Below, one piece after another: positions 30,619 to 41,960 of a DNA stretch of 64,000 bases. The position numbers and the translations under genes were made by a program. The notes beneath the pieces were generated by a model that searched no databases, was not told where the DNA came from, and saw only the letters and a program-made list of their open reading frames with translations. The number at the start of each line of letters is the position of its first letter. Within the stretch, counting starts at the first letter, position 1. Source of the DNA: Macrostomum lignano (Eukaryota); NCBI GenBank assembly GCA_002269645.1, contig NIVC01000349.1, forward strand, positions 1 through 64,000. Reading direction: 5' to 3'.

Positions 30619-33490
30619 ACTACTACTTTGGTGTTTTTTCAGGTGGGCATTTTTGTGATTTCCTTGGTTGGCTGCCAAATTGGTCGGCCAGATCGGCTGA
30701 CTCGGCCGACTATTGTGCATGTATGGTGGCACTTTGCTGCAAAGATAATAAATACAATTTGATTCTTGTGTTGTCCTAGTTGAGGTACCTATAAAGTGTT
30801 GAAGTAAAAAAGTTGAGTCAAATTCTTGTTTTATAAAAAAACAAAGCTTTGGCCATAATTTATAAATATTATAAAGAAGTCTGCAAATGTCAAAATAGTA
30901 ATAGGGTTACTTTGACTAAGGGAAACACTAACATTAGCATAGAAATCTAGTATTTAATATAACTTGGGTGACTGAGTAGTGTTTAAATTATTTTTTGTAA
31001 ATATTGATGTAACTGCCCTTGTTGCCTGTCCACTCCGTAGAGAGACAAATGTATGACTAGAGGGGGCAATGACCGTAGGCTGCCTATGACTGGGCAATGA
31101 CCTGACAGACCTCCAGCACCAGACTGTCCCGCCCACATGATTGATAGCTTTGGTAGCGCTTTGTGACCAGAGGGCCAAGGACCCACATGGACCCCACCTG
31201 TAGCCAAGGTGCAATAGTTGGTCACTTGGTCATAGTATGACCGAGTGGCTGCCACCACTCTATGTGACCTGGCGCACCTGGATCTTTCTACCAGACCTCT
31301 CGAGGCTAGAGCCCCACCTGGGATGGTTACTAGGAGATTTAGGCTAACAGGGGAGACACATGCAGCCGAGTACAGGGACTCTGCTTGAGGCATGATCGGG
31401 AACTCTGGGCTCAATCTGGAGGATTTCTCAGCAGGGGATCCTTTGTGGCTGTGAGCGAGGCTGACTTGCGACTTTGATTACTAAGAGTAGTATGAGGCGA
31501 ACATGTACTGTCTATAGTTTAGATTGCTCAGGGCGAAGGGACGCGTCAGCATGGGGTTGCAACCTTCCTACTGCCATTCTGTGCCAAGACTCGCTAATCC
31601 CTCTACTGCACGCACACGCGGCCCCGCAGCACGCACTCACAGGCGAGCTTTGCACGGGGAGAGGCCATTAGCTTACCCAAACTTCCCTATGCTTTGCCAC
31701 CCCGGGAGAAAGGCTTAACAAGCCATGAGTGAAATGATGGTGAAAGAGTGAATAATGATGAGGTTAGTTAATAGTTAATAATTAGGCTCTTAGGCAAATA
31801 ATCAGGCAATTAGGCGGCTTCACTATTGAGTAAAAATACAGCAAAAGGTACGGTATCACAACTGGCTCAGCTCTCTAATCAGACAATGGACAAATAGGCA
31901 AACTCCGGATAAGCAAAGGCAATTAGAGCACAAATCAGTAATAGGAACTTACCGGCAGCTGCACAGAGAGAGAGAGAGAGGCGGAGTGACCGAGGGCGGC
32001 TGTAGGCTGCAGTCAGGCGGACAGTGAAGCGGCGATGCGCTGAAGCGACGAGGCGCTGGTGTAGATCAGGCGAAGCTGATGATGCTGGGTGGTGTCAGAC
32101 CGCTGGCCAATAGGCGAGCTCACTTGGGGAGCTGAAGATAACTTGGCGGTAACAGACCGCGGACCGGCAGGGATTCGTCTTATAGACGAATGGGTCAGAA
32201 CTCAGTCTGACGGCAAGTCTAAAGAAAGACTAGGAGCCCGAAGGTGGGCAAAAGTTGAGGATTCTCATGCCGAAAACCGCCTCCTTTTATAGCCTTCCCA
32301 GCCGCCGCTCCAAGGTCGTTTCCATGACTCCCTCTCTCTGATTGGCTGCCGGCCGAATGACGTCAGAATGAGTCATGATGAGAAACATGAGACGGGCATA
32401 GCAACATGAGAAAAAGGGAAATTGCGCAATCCGGAGGTGGGGTGGGGGGATAATTGGCGCAGCGGGTGGTCGCGAAAGTGTTGCGCAAGCAAACATTGAG
32501 AACAATAGGGCTGGGGTCGAGAACAAAGGAATTGGAAATCGGGGATAATTGGGGAAAATCGAGAACAATAGAAAAGCAAACATTGGAGAAAAGGTGATAA
32601 TTAGGTGCGAAAACGAGAACAAAAGAAAGAGATAATCGGAGAAAATGTGATAATTGGTGGGGTAAAGAGAACAAAAGAATCAAAAACTTCTTTTGTTTTT
32701 GGGATAGGGGGCTCCGGAAAGGCAGGTGTGGCGGCAGGGGAGACGGAGCCAAGGCAGCAGGGGGATGCAGCAGAGCGGGAGTCTCCAGGCCTGGTCGGAG
32801 ACCTGGCCGAGTCTCGACAGCTCTGTGCAGGGGGGTACACGGGATAGGAGGCACTTACGAAAAAGTTCCCATGCCCTATCCCGCGACCAGAGCGTGGTTA
32901 AATCAATATAGCATTTTAAAAATGGTAGACAGTCAACTTACTTATGGGGAGCCCAAAAACATCAATTCACCAAATTTCAGCGGAGAATCTTGGCATGGTG
33001 AAGCTATTGGCGAGATGGGTGCCCCGTTTGTTGATGGAAAAATGAAAGCTAACTTGAATCAGAAGCAGAACAGCTGCAGGCTGAGGGGTTACTTCGTCGA
33101 AAAGTCATTAGTGAAAGGCGATGGCGATGCTGCATGACCGACTTGCAGACCCCTCGACTTGATGTAACTCTTCCCCTACCCCTTGTTCTAATTATAGGCA
33201 TAACTTTTGAATGAATTGACATTTTTACCTCATTTAAAAAGCAAAACAACGGTAGGATTTTTTTCTACTTAAGACGCAAGTTGCATCAATTTCGAATATC
33301 ACAGTCAACCTCTGTACTGGTTTTTACTTCTAAGATGTAAGGCTTGATTATACTCTATGGAATCATTGCATATTATTTATATTTGATATCAACTTTCTAC
33401 AAAACTATAGGACTTTTTAGTTACAAGTAAGCCTCTAAATTTATTTATTAATCTTTTTTTTTACATGTCTTCAGCACTGTTGCAATCACA

Positions 33491-35323
33491 ATGTCTGACT
33501 GGGCCCAAGAGATGGAGGATGCTGAGCAGATGAAGTGTCAGCTGCCAGCTCCAGTTATGGAATATGACAAATCCAAAGGGATTAAACGGGAGATCAGCTA
33601 TCAGCGAGACGAGGATGGCAACCTATTTAAGGTTTGATTGTTGTGCAACTTGCTCATATTGGTACATATTTGAACGGATTGCTAATCTATCTCATTGGTA
33701 CATATTTAAATGGATTGCTAATCTACCCCCAATCCCCAGGTAATCTCGGAGCTGCAGGTGCAAGTCCGCAAGCTCAGCAAGAACATTGCGCGTAGAAAAG
33801 AATGGAAAAAGTACGGAGCCGCCGAGTCGGACGGACCGGGCCCAAACTCGGCCAACACCTACCCGGCCGAGGAGGTCTTCATGCAGTTCGTCAGCGGCCG
33901 GCCGGAGGACGAAGTTGAAAAACAGGCGGACGATTTGGCTAGCAAAATGCCCAAGAATATTGCAACCTGCAGGATCTGCCGGGGGCCGCATTTTACTACC
34001 AGGTGTCCGTTTAAGGATAGGCAGGACTCGCTGGATCCTGATCAGCAGGTGGGTAGATTGCTAATCTGTCTCTTAGTAGGTTCATAAAGTGGATTGCTAA
34101 TCTGTCTCTTAGTAGGTTCATAAAGTGGATTGCTAATCTGTCTCTTAGTAGGTTCATAAAGTGGATTGCTAATCTGTCTCTTAGTAGGTTCATAAAGTGG
34201 ATTGCTAATCTGTCTCTTAGTAGGTTCATAAAGTGGATTGCTAATCTGTCTCTTAGTAGGTTCATAAAGTGGATTGCTAATCTGTCTCTTAGTAGGTTCA
34301 TAAAGTGGATTGCTAATCTGTCTCTTAGTAGGTTCATAAAGTGGATTGCTAATCTGTCTCTTAGTAGGTTCATAAAGTGGATTGCTAATCTGTCTCTTAG
34401 TAGGTTCATAAAGTGGATTGCTAATCTGCCTCTTAGTAGGTTCATAAAGTGGATTGCTAATCTGTCTCTTAGTAGGTTTATAAAGTGGATTGCTAATCTG
34501 TCTCTTAGTAGGTTCATAAAGTGGATTGCTAATCTGTCTCTTAGTAGGTTCATAAAGTGGATTGCTAATCTGTCTCTTAGTAGGTTCATAAAGTGGATTG
34601 CTAATCTGTCTCTTAGTAGGTTCATAAAGTGGATTGCTAATCTGTCTCTTAGTAGGTTTATAAAGTGGATTGCTAATCTGTCTCTTAGTAGGTTCATAAA
34701 GTGGATTGCTAATCTGTCTCTTAGTAGGTTTATAAAGTGGATTGCTAATCTGTCTCTTAGTAGGTTTATAAAGTGGATTGCTAATCTGTCTCTTAGTAGG
34801 TTCATAAAGTGGATTTCTAATCTGTCTCTTAGTAGGTTTATAAAGTGGATTGCTAATCTGTCTTTATATCTTTTTCTAGCTCTCTCTAACCCCGGGCGCG
34901 CCGAGCTCCGCGGTCGCGGGTTCGAACGCCGCTGCTTCAACTCTAAACGCCGGAGCCCCCACCATCCCGGTGGTGAAGGAGGCCGGTGGAAAGTACATCC
35001 CGCCCGGGCTGAGGCAGGCGGCCACATCCGGCGGCAGCCCCGGCGGCCCCATGGACAAGCGGCGCGACGACCAGCCGACCATCCGGGTGACCAACCTGCC
35101 GGAGGACACCACCGAAGAGGACCTGGCCAACTTGTTCAATCCATTCGGTAAAATTCATCGAATCTTCCTGGCTAAGGACAAGCTCACCATGGTTAGCAAG
35201 GGCTTCGCTTTCATCACCTACCAACGGAAGGAGGACGCCCAGAAAGCCATCACAGGAGTGTCGGGTTTCGGCTATGGAAATCTCATTCTCAAGGTGGAGT
35301 GGGCCAGGCCTGCTAACGACTAG
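33491..35323 (+). CDS. EIF3G: Eukaryotic translation initiation factor 3 subunit G
   Basis: Exons 33491-33631, 33740-34048, 34880-35323, all phase 0 and open. MSDWAQEME start, RKEWKKYG...GP, zinc knuckle CRICRGPHFTTRCP, KYIPPGLR, C-terminal RRM (TIRVTNLPEDT...KGFAFI...LILKVEWARP). Possible 48-nt 5'UTR intron at 33427-33474; aataaa near 35430. Confidence 0.97.
34053..34862 (+). repeat. 36-bp satellite filling eIF3g intron 2 (gattgctaatctgtctcttagtaggttcataaagtg)
   Basis: About 22 near-identical units; gives the 12-aa periodic minus-strand ORF. Confidence 0.97.
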
Positions 35324-35624
35324 AGCTTCTCTCTCTTGTCATTAACTTGACCGGCTAAAGCTGAACTGCTATTGCCGTTCCCCGATGTTGGGTGTTTTGA
35401 GTTTCTGTCGAATGGTTTATTAATGATAAAATAAATAAATTTCCCGATAGGATGATTAAAATTTAGTGTGTTATTCACCCGAAGGCAATATGCTATATTT
35501 TAGGGAGTTTTGTGGTTTGGCTCGCATGGAAATCTTATTTGCGCACGCGTTAAGAGTGCTGTGTTATTTTTTTGCTATGAGTATCATTTTGAATTGGGGT
35601 TTTGAATCCCCAGATTGCCTAATT

Positions 35625-36150
35625 CCTAGCCTGAAAATCCCCACCCTTAAAATCCCCGTCCTTCAAATCCCCATCCTCCAAATTCCCATCCTTCAAATCC
35701 CCATCCTTCAAATTCCCATCCTCCAAATCCCCATCCTTCAAATTCCCATCCTCCAAATCCCCATCCTTCAAATTCCTATCCTTCGAATCCCTATCCTTCA
35801 AATCCCCATCCTCCACATCCCCACCCTTCAAACCCCCATCCTTCAAATCCCATCCTTCAAATTCCTATCCTTCAAATCCCCATCCTTCAAATCCCCATCC
35901 TTCAAATCCCCATCCTTCAAATTCCCATCCTTCAAATCCCCATCCTTCAAATTCCCATCCTTCAAATCCCCATCCTTCAAATTCCCATCCTTCAAATCCC
36001 CATCCTTCAAATTCCCATCCTCCAAATCCCCATCCTTCGAATCCCCATCCTCCAAATCCCCATCCTTCGAATCCCCATCCTCCAAATCCCCATCCTTCGA
36101 ATCCCCATCCTCCAAATCCCCATTCTTTGAATCCCCATCCTTCACATCCC
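35625..36150 (+). repeat. 15-bp minisatellite (caaatccccatcctt)
   Basis: About 35 units. Confidence 0.95.
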
Positions 36151-36520
36151 CACCCGACACTACTGCAGTTTTGGGGACTGGCTGATCTAAACACTAATCT
36201 GATCAGATCTGAAAGCTGAGTATGAAAACATTTCTTTTCCACGTCAGTCTCTCTTCATGTACACAGAAAAAAAACAAATTGCAACACATGATTCTGGATT
36301 TTTGCGATTTGCTACGATAAAAATTTGTAATTATTTGCCTTCGGTGACATTGTCCCACCACGACCGACCAGCGCTGACGGCAATTAGACATGTACACTCT
36401 GTGCAAAAATCTGATCTCGATTCTCCACAATTTGTCTGCTTTGGAGCATCTCCGAAAAACATGTGGAACCAACTGGTGCGCTTGTAGAGCTATTCTTCTA
36501 TTCTTAGAAGAGAAGAGAAG

Positions 36521-36700
36521 AGGGGTGTCGCCATGGATTTTATGGTGACCGGGGACAAAGCCAAGAATTCTGCATGTACATGTGTACATTGCTTTCAGAA
36601 TCGGTGTTTTTAGCGCTCGTTTTGTTTTGGCACAGCAGGTGCTCATTTTAGCGCCGCAGGCACTCATTTTGGTGCTTCAGAGCCTATTTTTTTGTCGCCC
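36521..36700 (+). mobile_element. Second copy of the dispersed element at 14232, with only ~2 units of the 20-bp repeat
   Basis: aggggtgtcgccatggatt...ggggacaaagccaagaat...agaatcggtgtt...ctcattttagcgccgcaggcactcattttgg. Confidence 0.6.
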
Positions 36701-36999
36701 TGCAGCAAAACTATTGCAATTACCAGGTATATTGTTATTTGTAAAAACATTGACGTCTGCCTATGGGATTTACATGTACATCTTGTCCTTTTATCATCTT
36801 TTATTTGATAAAGGGCAGGGAATCGTGTCATTGGGTGGCTGCAGGTGGCTATGGAGCTTATGAATCTAATTTTGTCCTGTGTCCTCCCTTTCTATAATCT
36901 CTTGTTGAATTTTGCTGCGTGGCGAATTTCAGAAATTTTAATTGTACCAGTAGAGACCCGTTGCGACCCTTATCGGTGCCAATATATTTGGTATCTTGA

Positions 37000-39900
37000 T
37001 GGGCGCCCCTTTCTGTTGATGAGCGCCTGTCTCTTGGTGGGCGCCCCTTTCTCTTGGTGTTGGCGCCCCAGTCTCTTGGTGTGGGCGCCCCTGTTTCTTG
37101 GTGTGGGCGCCCCTGTCTCTTGGTGTGGGCGCCCCTGTCTCTTGGTGTGGGCGCCTCTGTCTCTTGGTGTAGGCGCCCCTGTCTCTTGGTGAGCGTCCCT
37201 GTCTCTTGGTGTGGGCGCCCATTTCTCTTGATGAGCGCCTGTCTGTTGGTGGGCAGGGGCGCTTGGTGTGGGCGCCTCTGTCTCTTGGTGTGGGCGCCCC
37301 TGTCTCTTGGTGTGGGCGCCTCTGTCTCTTGGTGGCCGCCCCTGTCTCTTGGTGTAGGCGCCCCTGTCTCTTGGTATGAGCGCCCCTGTCTCTTGGTATG
37401 AGCGCCCCTGTCTTTTGGTGTTGGACGCCCCTGTCTTGGTGTGGGCGCCCCTTTCTCTTGATGAGCGCCTCTGTCTCTTGGTGGGCGTCCCCTGTCTCTT
37501 GGTGTGGACGCCCCTGTCTCTTGGTGTGGACGCCCCTGTCTCTTGGTGTGGGCGCCCCTGTCTCTTGGTGTAGGCGCCCCTGTCTCTTGGTGGGCGTCCC
37601 CTGTCTTGGTGTGGGCGCCCCTGTCTCTTGGTGTGGGCGCCCCTGTCTCTTGGTGTGGGCGCCCCTGTCTCTTGGTGTGGGCGCCCCTGTCTCTTGGTGT
37701 GGGCGCTCCTGTCTCTTGGTGTGGGCGCCCCTGTCTCTTGGTGGGCGCCCCTGTCTCTTGGTGGTCGCCCCTGTCTCTTGGTGTGGGCGCCCCTGTCTCT
37801 TGGTGTGGGCGCCCCTGTCTCTTGGTGGCCGCCCCTGTCTCTTGGTGTGGGCGCCCCTGTCTCTTGGTGGCCGCCCCTGTCTCTTGGTGGCCGCCCCTGT
37901 CTCTTGGTGGGCGCCCCTGTCTCTTGGTGGCCGCCCCTGTCTCTTGGTGTGGGCGCCCCTGTCTCTTGGTGGCCGCCCATGTCTCTTGGTGGGCGTCCCT
38001 GTCTCTTGGTGTGGGCGCCCCTGTCTCTTGGTGGGCGTCCCCTGTCTCTTGGTGTGGGCGCCCCTGTCTCTTGGTGTGGGCGTCCCTGTCTCTTGGTGGT
38101 CGCCCCTGTCTCTTGGTGGGCGCCCCTGTCTCTTGGTGGTCGCCCCTGTCTCTTGGTGTGGGCGCCCCTGTCTCTTGGTGGCCGCCCCTGTCTCTTGGTG
38201 GCCGCCCCTGTCTCTTGGTGGCCGCCCCTGTCTCTTGGTGGCCGCCCCTGTCTCTGGTGTGGGCGCCCCTGTCTCTGGTGTGGGCGTCCCTGTCTCTTGG
38301 TGGGCGCCCCTGTCTCTTAGTGGGCGCCCCTGTCTCTTGGTGTTGGATGTCCCTGTCTCTTGGTGTGGGCGCCCGTGTCTCTTGGTGTTGGATGCCCCTG
38401 TCTCTTGGTGTTGGATGTCCCTGTCTCTTGGTGTGGGCGCCCGTGTCTCTTGGTGTTGGATGCCCCTGTATCTTGGTGTTGGATGCCCCTGTATCTTGGT
38501 GTTGGATGCCCCTGTCTCTTGGTGTGGGCGCCCGTGTCTCTTGGTGTTGGATGCCCCTGTATCTTGGTGTTGGATGCCCCTGTATCTTGGTGTTGGATGC
38601 CCCTGTATCTTGGTGTTGGATGCCCCTGTCTCTTGATGAGCGTCTCTGTCTCTTGGTGGGCGTCCCTGTCTCTTGGTGGGCGCCCCTGTCTCTTGGTGTG
38701 GGCGCCCCTTTCTCTTGATGAGCGCCTCTGTCTCTGTCATCTGTCATCTGTCACTCAGCGCCTCTTGGTGGTCGCCCCTGTCTTTTGGTGTGGTCGCCCC
38801 TGTCTCTTGGTGGACGCCCCTGTCTCTTGGTGGCCGCCCCTGTCTCTTGGTGTGGGCGCCCCTGTCTCTTGGTGGGCGCCCCTGTCTCTTGGTGGGCGCC
38901 CCTGTCTCTTGGTGGTCGCCCCTGTCTCTTGGTGTGGGCGCCCCTGTCTCTTGGTGTGGGCGCCTCTGTCTTGGTGTGGGCGCCTCTGTCTTGGTGTGGG
39001 CGCCCCTGTCTCTTGGTGTGGGCGCCCCTGTCTCTTGGTGTGGGCGCCTCTGTCTCTTGGCGGGCGTCCCCTGTCTCTTGGTGTGGGCGCCCCTGTCTCT
39101 TGGTGTGGCCGCCCCTGTCTCTTGGTGGGCGCCCCTGTCTCTTGGTGGGCGTCCCTGTCTCTTGGTGTGGGCGCCCCTGTCTCTTGGTGTGGGCGCCTCT
39201 GTCTCTTGGTGTGGGCGCCCCTGTCTTTTGGTGTGGGCGCCCCTGTCTCTTGGTGTAGGCGCCCCTGTCTCTTGGTGGGCGTCCCCTGTCTTGGTGTGGG
39301 CGCCCCTGTCTCTTGGTGTGGGCGCCTCTGTCTCTTGGTGGGCGTCCCCTGTCTCTTGGTGTGGGCGCCCCTGTCTCTTGGTGTGGGCGCCTCTGTCTCT
39401 TGGTGTGGGCGCCCCTGTCTCTTGGTGTGGCCGCCCCTGTCTCTTGGTGGGCGCCCCTGTCTCTTGGTGGCCGCCCCTGTCTCTTGGTGTGGGCGCCCCT
39501 GTCTCTTGGTGTAGGCGCCCCTGTCTCTTGGTATGAGCGCCCCTGTCTCTTGGTATGAGCGCCCCTGTCTTTTGGTGTTGGACGCCCCTGTCTTGGTGTG
39601 GGCGCCCCTTTCTCTTGATGAGCGCCTCTGTCTCTTGGTGGGCGTCCCCTGTCTCTTGGTGTGGACGCCCCTGTCTCTTGGTGGGCGTCCCTGTCTCTTG
39701 GTGTGGGCGCCCCTGTCTCTTGGTGTGGGCGCCTCTGTCTCTTGGTGTGGGCGCCCCTGTCTTTTGGTGTGGGCGCCCCTGTCTCTTGGTGTAGGCGCCC
39801 CTGTCTCTTGGTGGGCGTCCCCTGTCTTGGTGTGGGCGCCCCTGTCTCTTTGTGTGGGCGCCTCTGTCTCTTGGTGGGCGTCCCCTGTCTCTTGGTGTGG

Positions 39901-41330
39901 GCGCCCCTGTCTCTTGGTGTGGGCGCCTCTGTCTCTTGGTGTGGGCGCCCCTGTCTCTTGGTGTGGCCGCCCCTGTCTCTTGGTGGGCGCCCCTGTCTCT
40001 TGGTGGCCGCCCCTGTCTCTTGGTGTGGGCGCCCCTGTCTCTTGGTGTAGGCGCCCCTGTCTCTTGGTATGAGCGCCCCTGTCTCTTGGTATGAGCGCCC
40101 CTGTCTTTTGGTGTTGGACGCCCCTGTCTTGGTGTGGGCGCCCCTTTCTCTTGATGAGCGCCTCTGTCTCTTGGTGGGCGTCCCCTGTCTCTTGGTGTGG
40201 ACGCCCCTGTCTCTTGGTGTGGACGCCCCTGTCTCTTGGTGTGGGCGCCCCTGTCTCTTGGTGTGGGCGCCCCTGTCTCTTGGTGGCCGCCCCTGTCTCT
40301 TGGTGGCCGCCCCTGTCTCTTGGTGTGGGCGCCCCTGTCTCTTGGTGGTCGCCCCTGTCTTTTGGTGTGGGCGCCCCTGTCTCTTGGCGGAGTCTCTTGG
40401 TGGGCGTCCCTGTCTCTTGGTGGAGTCTCTTGATGAGCGCCTCTGTCTCTGTCATCTGTCATCTGTCACTCAGCGCCTCTTGGTGGTCGCCCCTGTCTTT
40501 TGGTGTGGTCGCCCCTGTCTGAGGTTGGGTCTCCTATCTGACTCTTAATTTCTACAACTGTCAACCAAAAATATTGTTGACACACGACGTTAATCGACGC
40601 CCCTGTCTCTTGGTGGTCGCCCCTGTCTCTTGGTGTGGTGTGGGCGCCCCTGTCTCTTGGTGTGGGCGCCTCTGTCTTGGTGTGGGCGCCTCTGTCTTGG
40701 TGTGGGCGCCCCTGTCTCTTGGTGTGGGCGCCCCTGTCTCTTGGTGTGGGCGCCTCTGTCTCTTGGCGGGCGTCCCCTGTCTCTTGGTGTGGGCGCCCCT
40801 GTCTCTTGGTGTGGCCGCCCCTGTCTCTTGGTGTGGGCGCCCCTGTCTCTTGGTGTAGGCGCCCCTGTCTCTTGGTATGAGCGCCCCTGTCTCTTGGTAT
40901 GAGCGCCCCTGTCTTTTGGTGTTGGACGCCCCTGTCTTGGTGTGGGCGCCCCTTTCTCTTGATGAGCGCCTCTGTCTCTTGGTGGGCGTCCCCTGTCTCT
41001 TGGTGTGGACGCCCCTGTCTCTTGGTGTGGACGCCCCTGTCTCTTGGTGTGGGCGCCCCTGTCTCTTGGTGTGGGCGCCCCTGTCTCTTGGTGGCCGCCC
41101 CTGTCTCTTGGTGGCCGCCCCTGTCTCTTGGTGTGGGCGCCCCTGTCTCTTGGTGGTCGCCCCTGTCTTTTGGTGTGGGCGCCCCTGTCTCTTGGCGGAG
41201 TCTCTTGGTGGGCGTCCCTGTCTCTTGGTGGAGTCTCTTGATGAGCGCCTCTGTCTCTGTCATCTGTCATCTGTCACTCAGCGCCTCTTGGTGGTCGCCC
41301 CTGTCTTTTGGTGTGGTCGCCCCTGTCTGA
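37000..41330 (+). repeat. ~22-bp GC-rich satellite (gggcgcccctgtctcttggtgt), ~4.3 kb, with higher-order structure
   Basis: Short variant units; landmark spacers recur at ~38720, ~40435 and ~41243; the array end is duplicated with an 808-bp period. Confidence 0.97.
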
Positions 41331-41960
41331 GGTTGGGTCTCCTATCTGACTCTTAATTTCTACAACTGTCAACCAAAAATATTGTTGACACACGACGTTA
41401 AAAAGCTAAAAATAGTGCTACATATACACAACGCTTCTCTGGACTCGTAGTGTGCATGCATGGCAAACATGCCATCTAATAGACACGCATTAGATTAATA
41501 GATTGGATTGCATAGGACACAGATCGAGACATGCAGATTTTTTAATCCTTAAATGTCAAAACTACAGAGAAGTAAAACTTCAACAAATTTTAAACCCCAG
41601 CAGTTTGCGTTACCTGGGCTGTTTGTGAATTGCAAGATCAATCGAGGGATTAAAGTTGCGGAGGCGGATTAACTGCTGTACATGTACGAGTACTGAGCAA
41701 GCAAGGACTAAGGGACTATAGAAATAAGATAAGTTTTAGATAATAATTCACATTTCAGATCCCCTGTTCCAGCTGCAAGGACCCTGACTGGCTCTGCTAG
41801 TCCTCCCAAAAATCTACAATTGTATCGGGATAAAAATATAGCAACAAAACTTCTCTTAAAATCCACTTTAATCCCCTCTTCGCTGTTAGGGAGAAAATTT
41901 CAAATAAATCTTGCCTTTAGAATCTTGTTTGAGAAATCATTTCTTATAAGCACTAAAAGC

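Noticed and set aside
30950-33250. Mixed-composition region with a minus-strand TATAAAAGG, GA run and gagaacaa motifs, suggestive of a decayed retroelement
   Set aside because: No RT, integrase or gag motifs, paired LTRs or TSD could be identified by eye.
33427-33490. Acceptor just upstream of the eIF3g ATG as evidence of spliced-leader trans-splicing
   Set aside because: It pairs with a nearby GTAAGC donor as a 48-nt cis intron; trans-splicing cannot be inferred from DNA alone.
34053-34862. 36-bp direct repeats and the 25-32-bp arrays as possible CRISPR arrays
   Set aside because: Units are head to tail with no unique spacers, sit inside spliceosomal introns, and there are no cas genes.
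36858-41356. Many long ORFs (TPRDRGAH / WAPLSLGG repeats), and similar ORFs at 10-11 kb, 23.7-25.5 kb, 34 kb, 44.5 kb and 60-62 kb
   Set aside because: Stop-free frames of tandem repeats, open on both strands, with no protein-like features.
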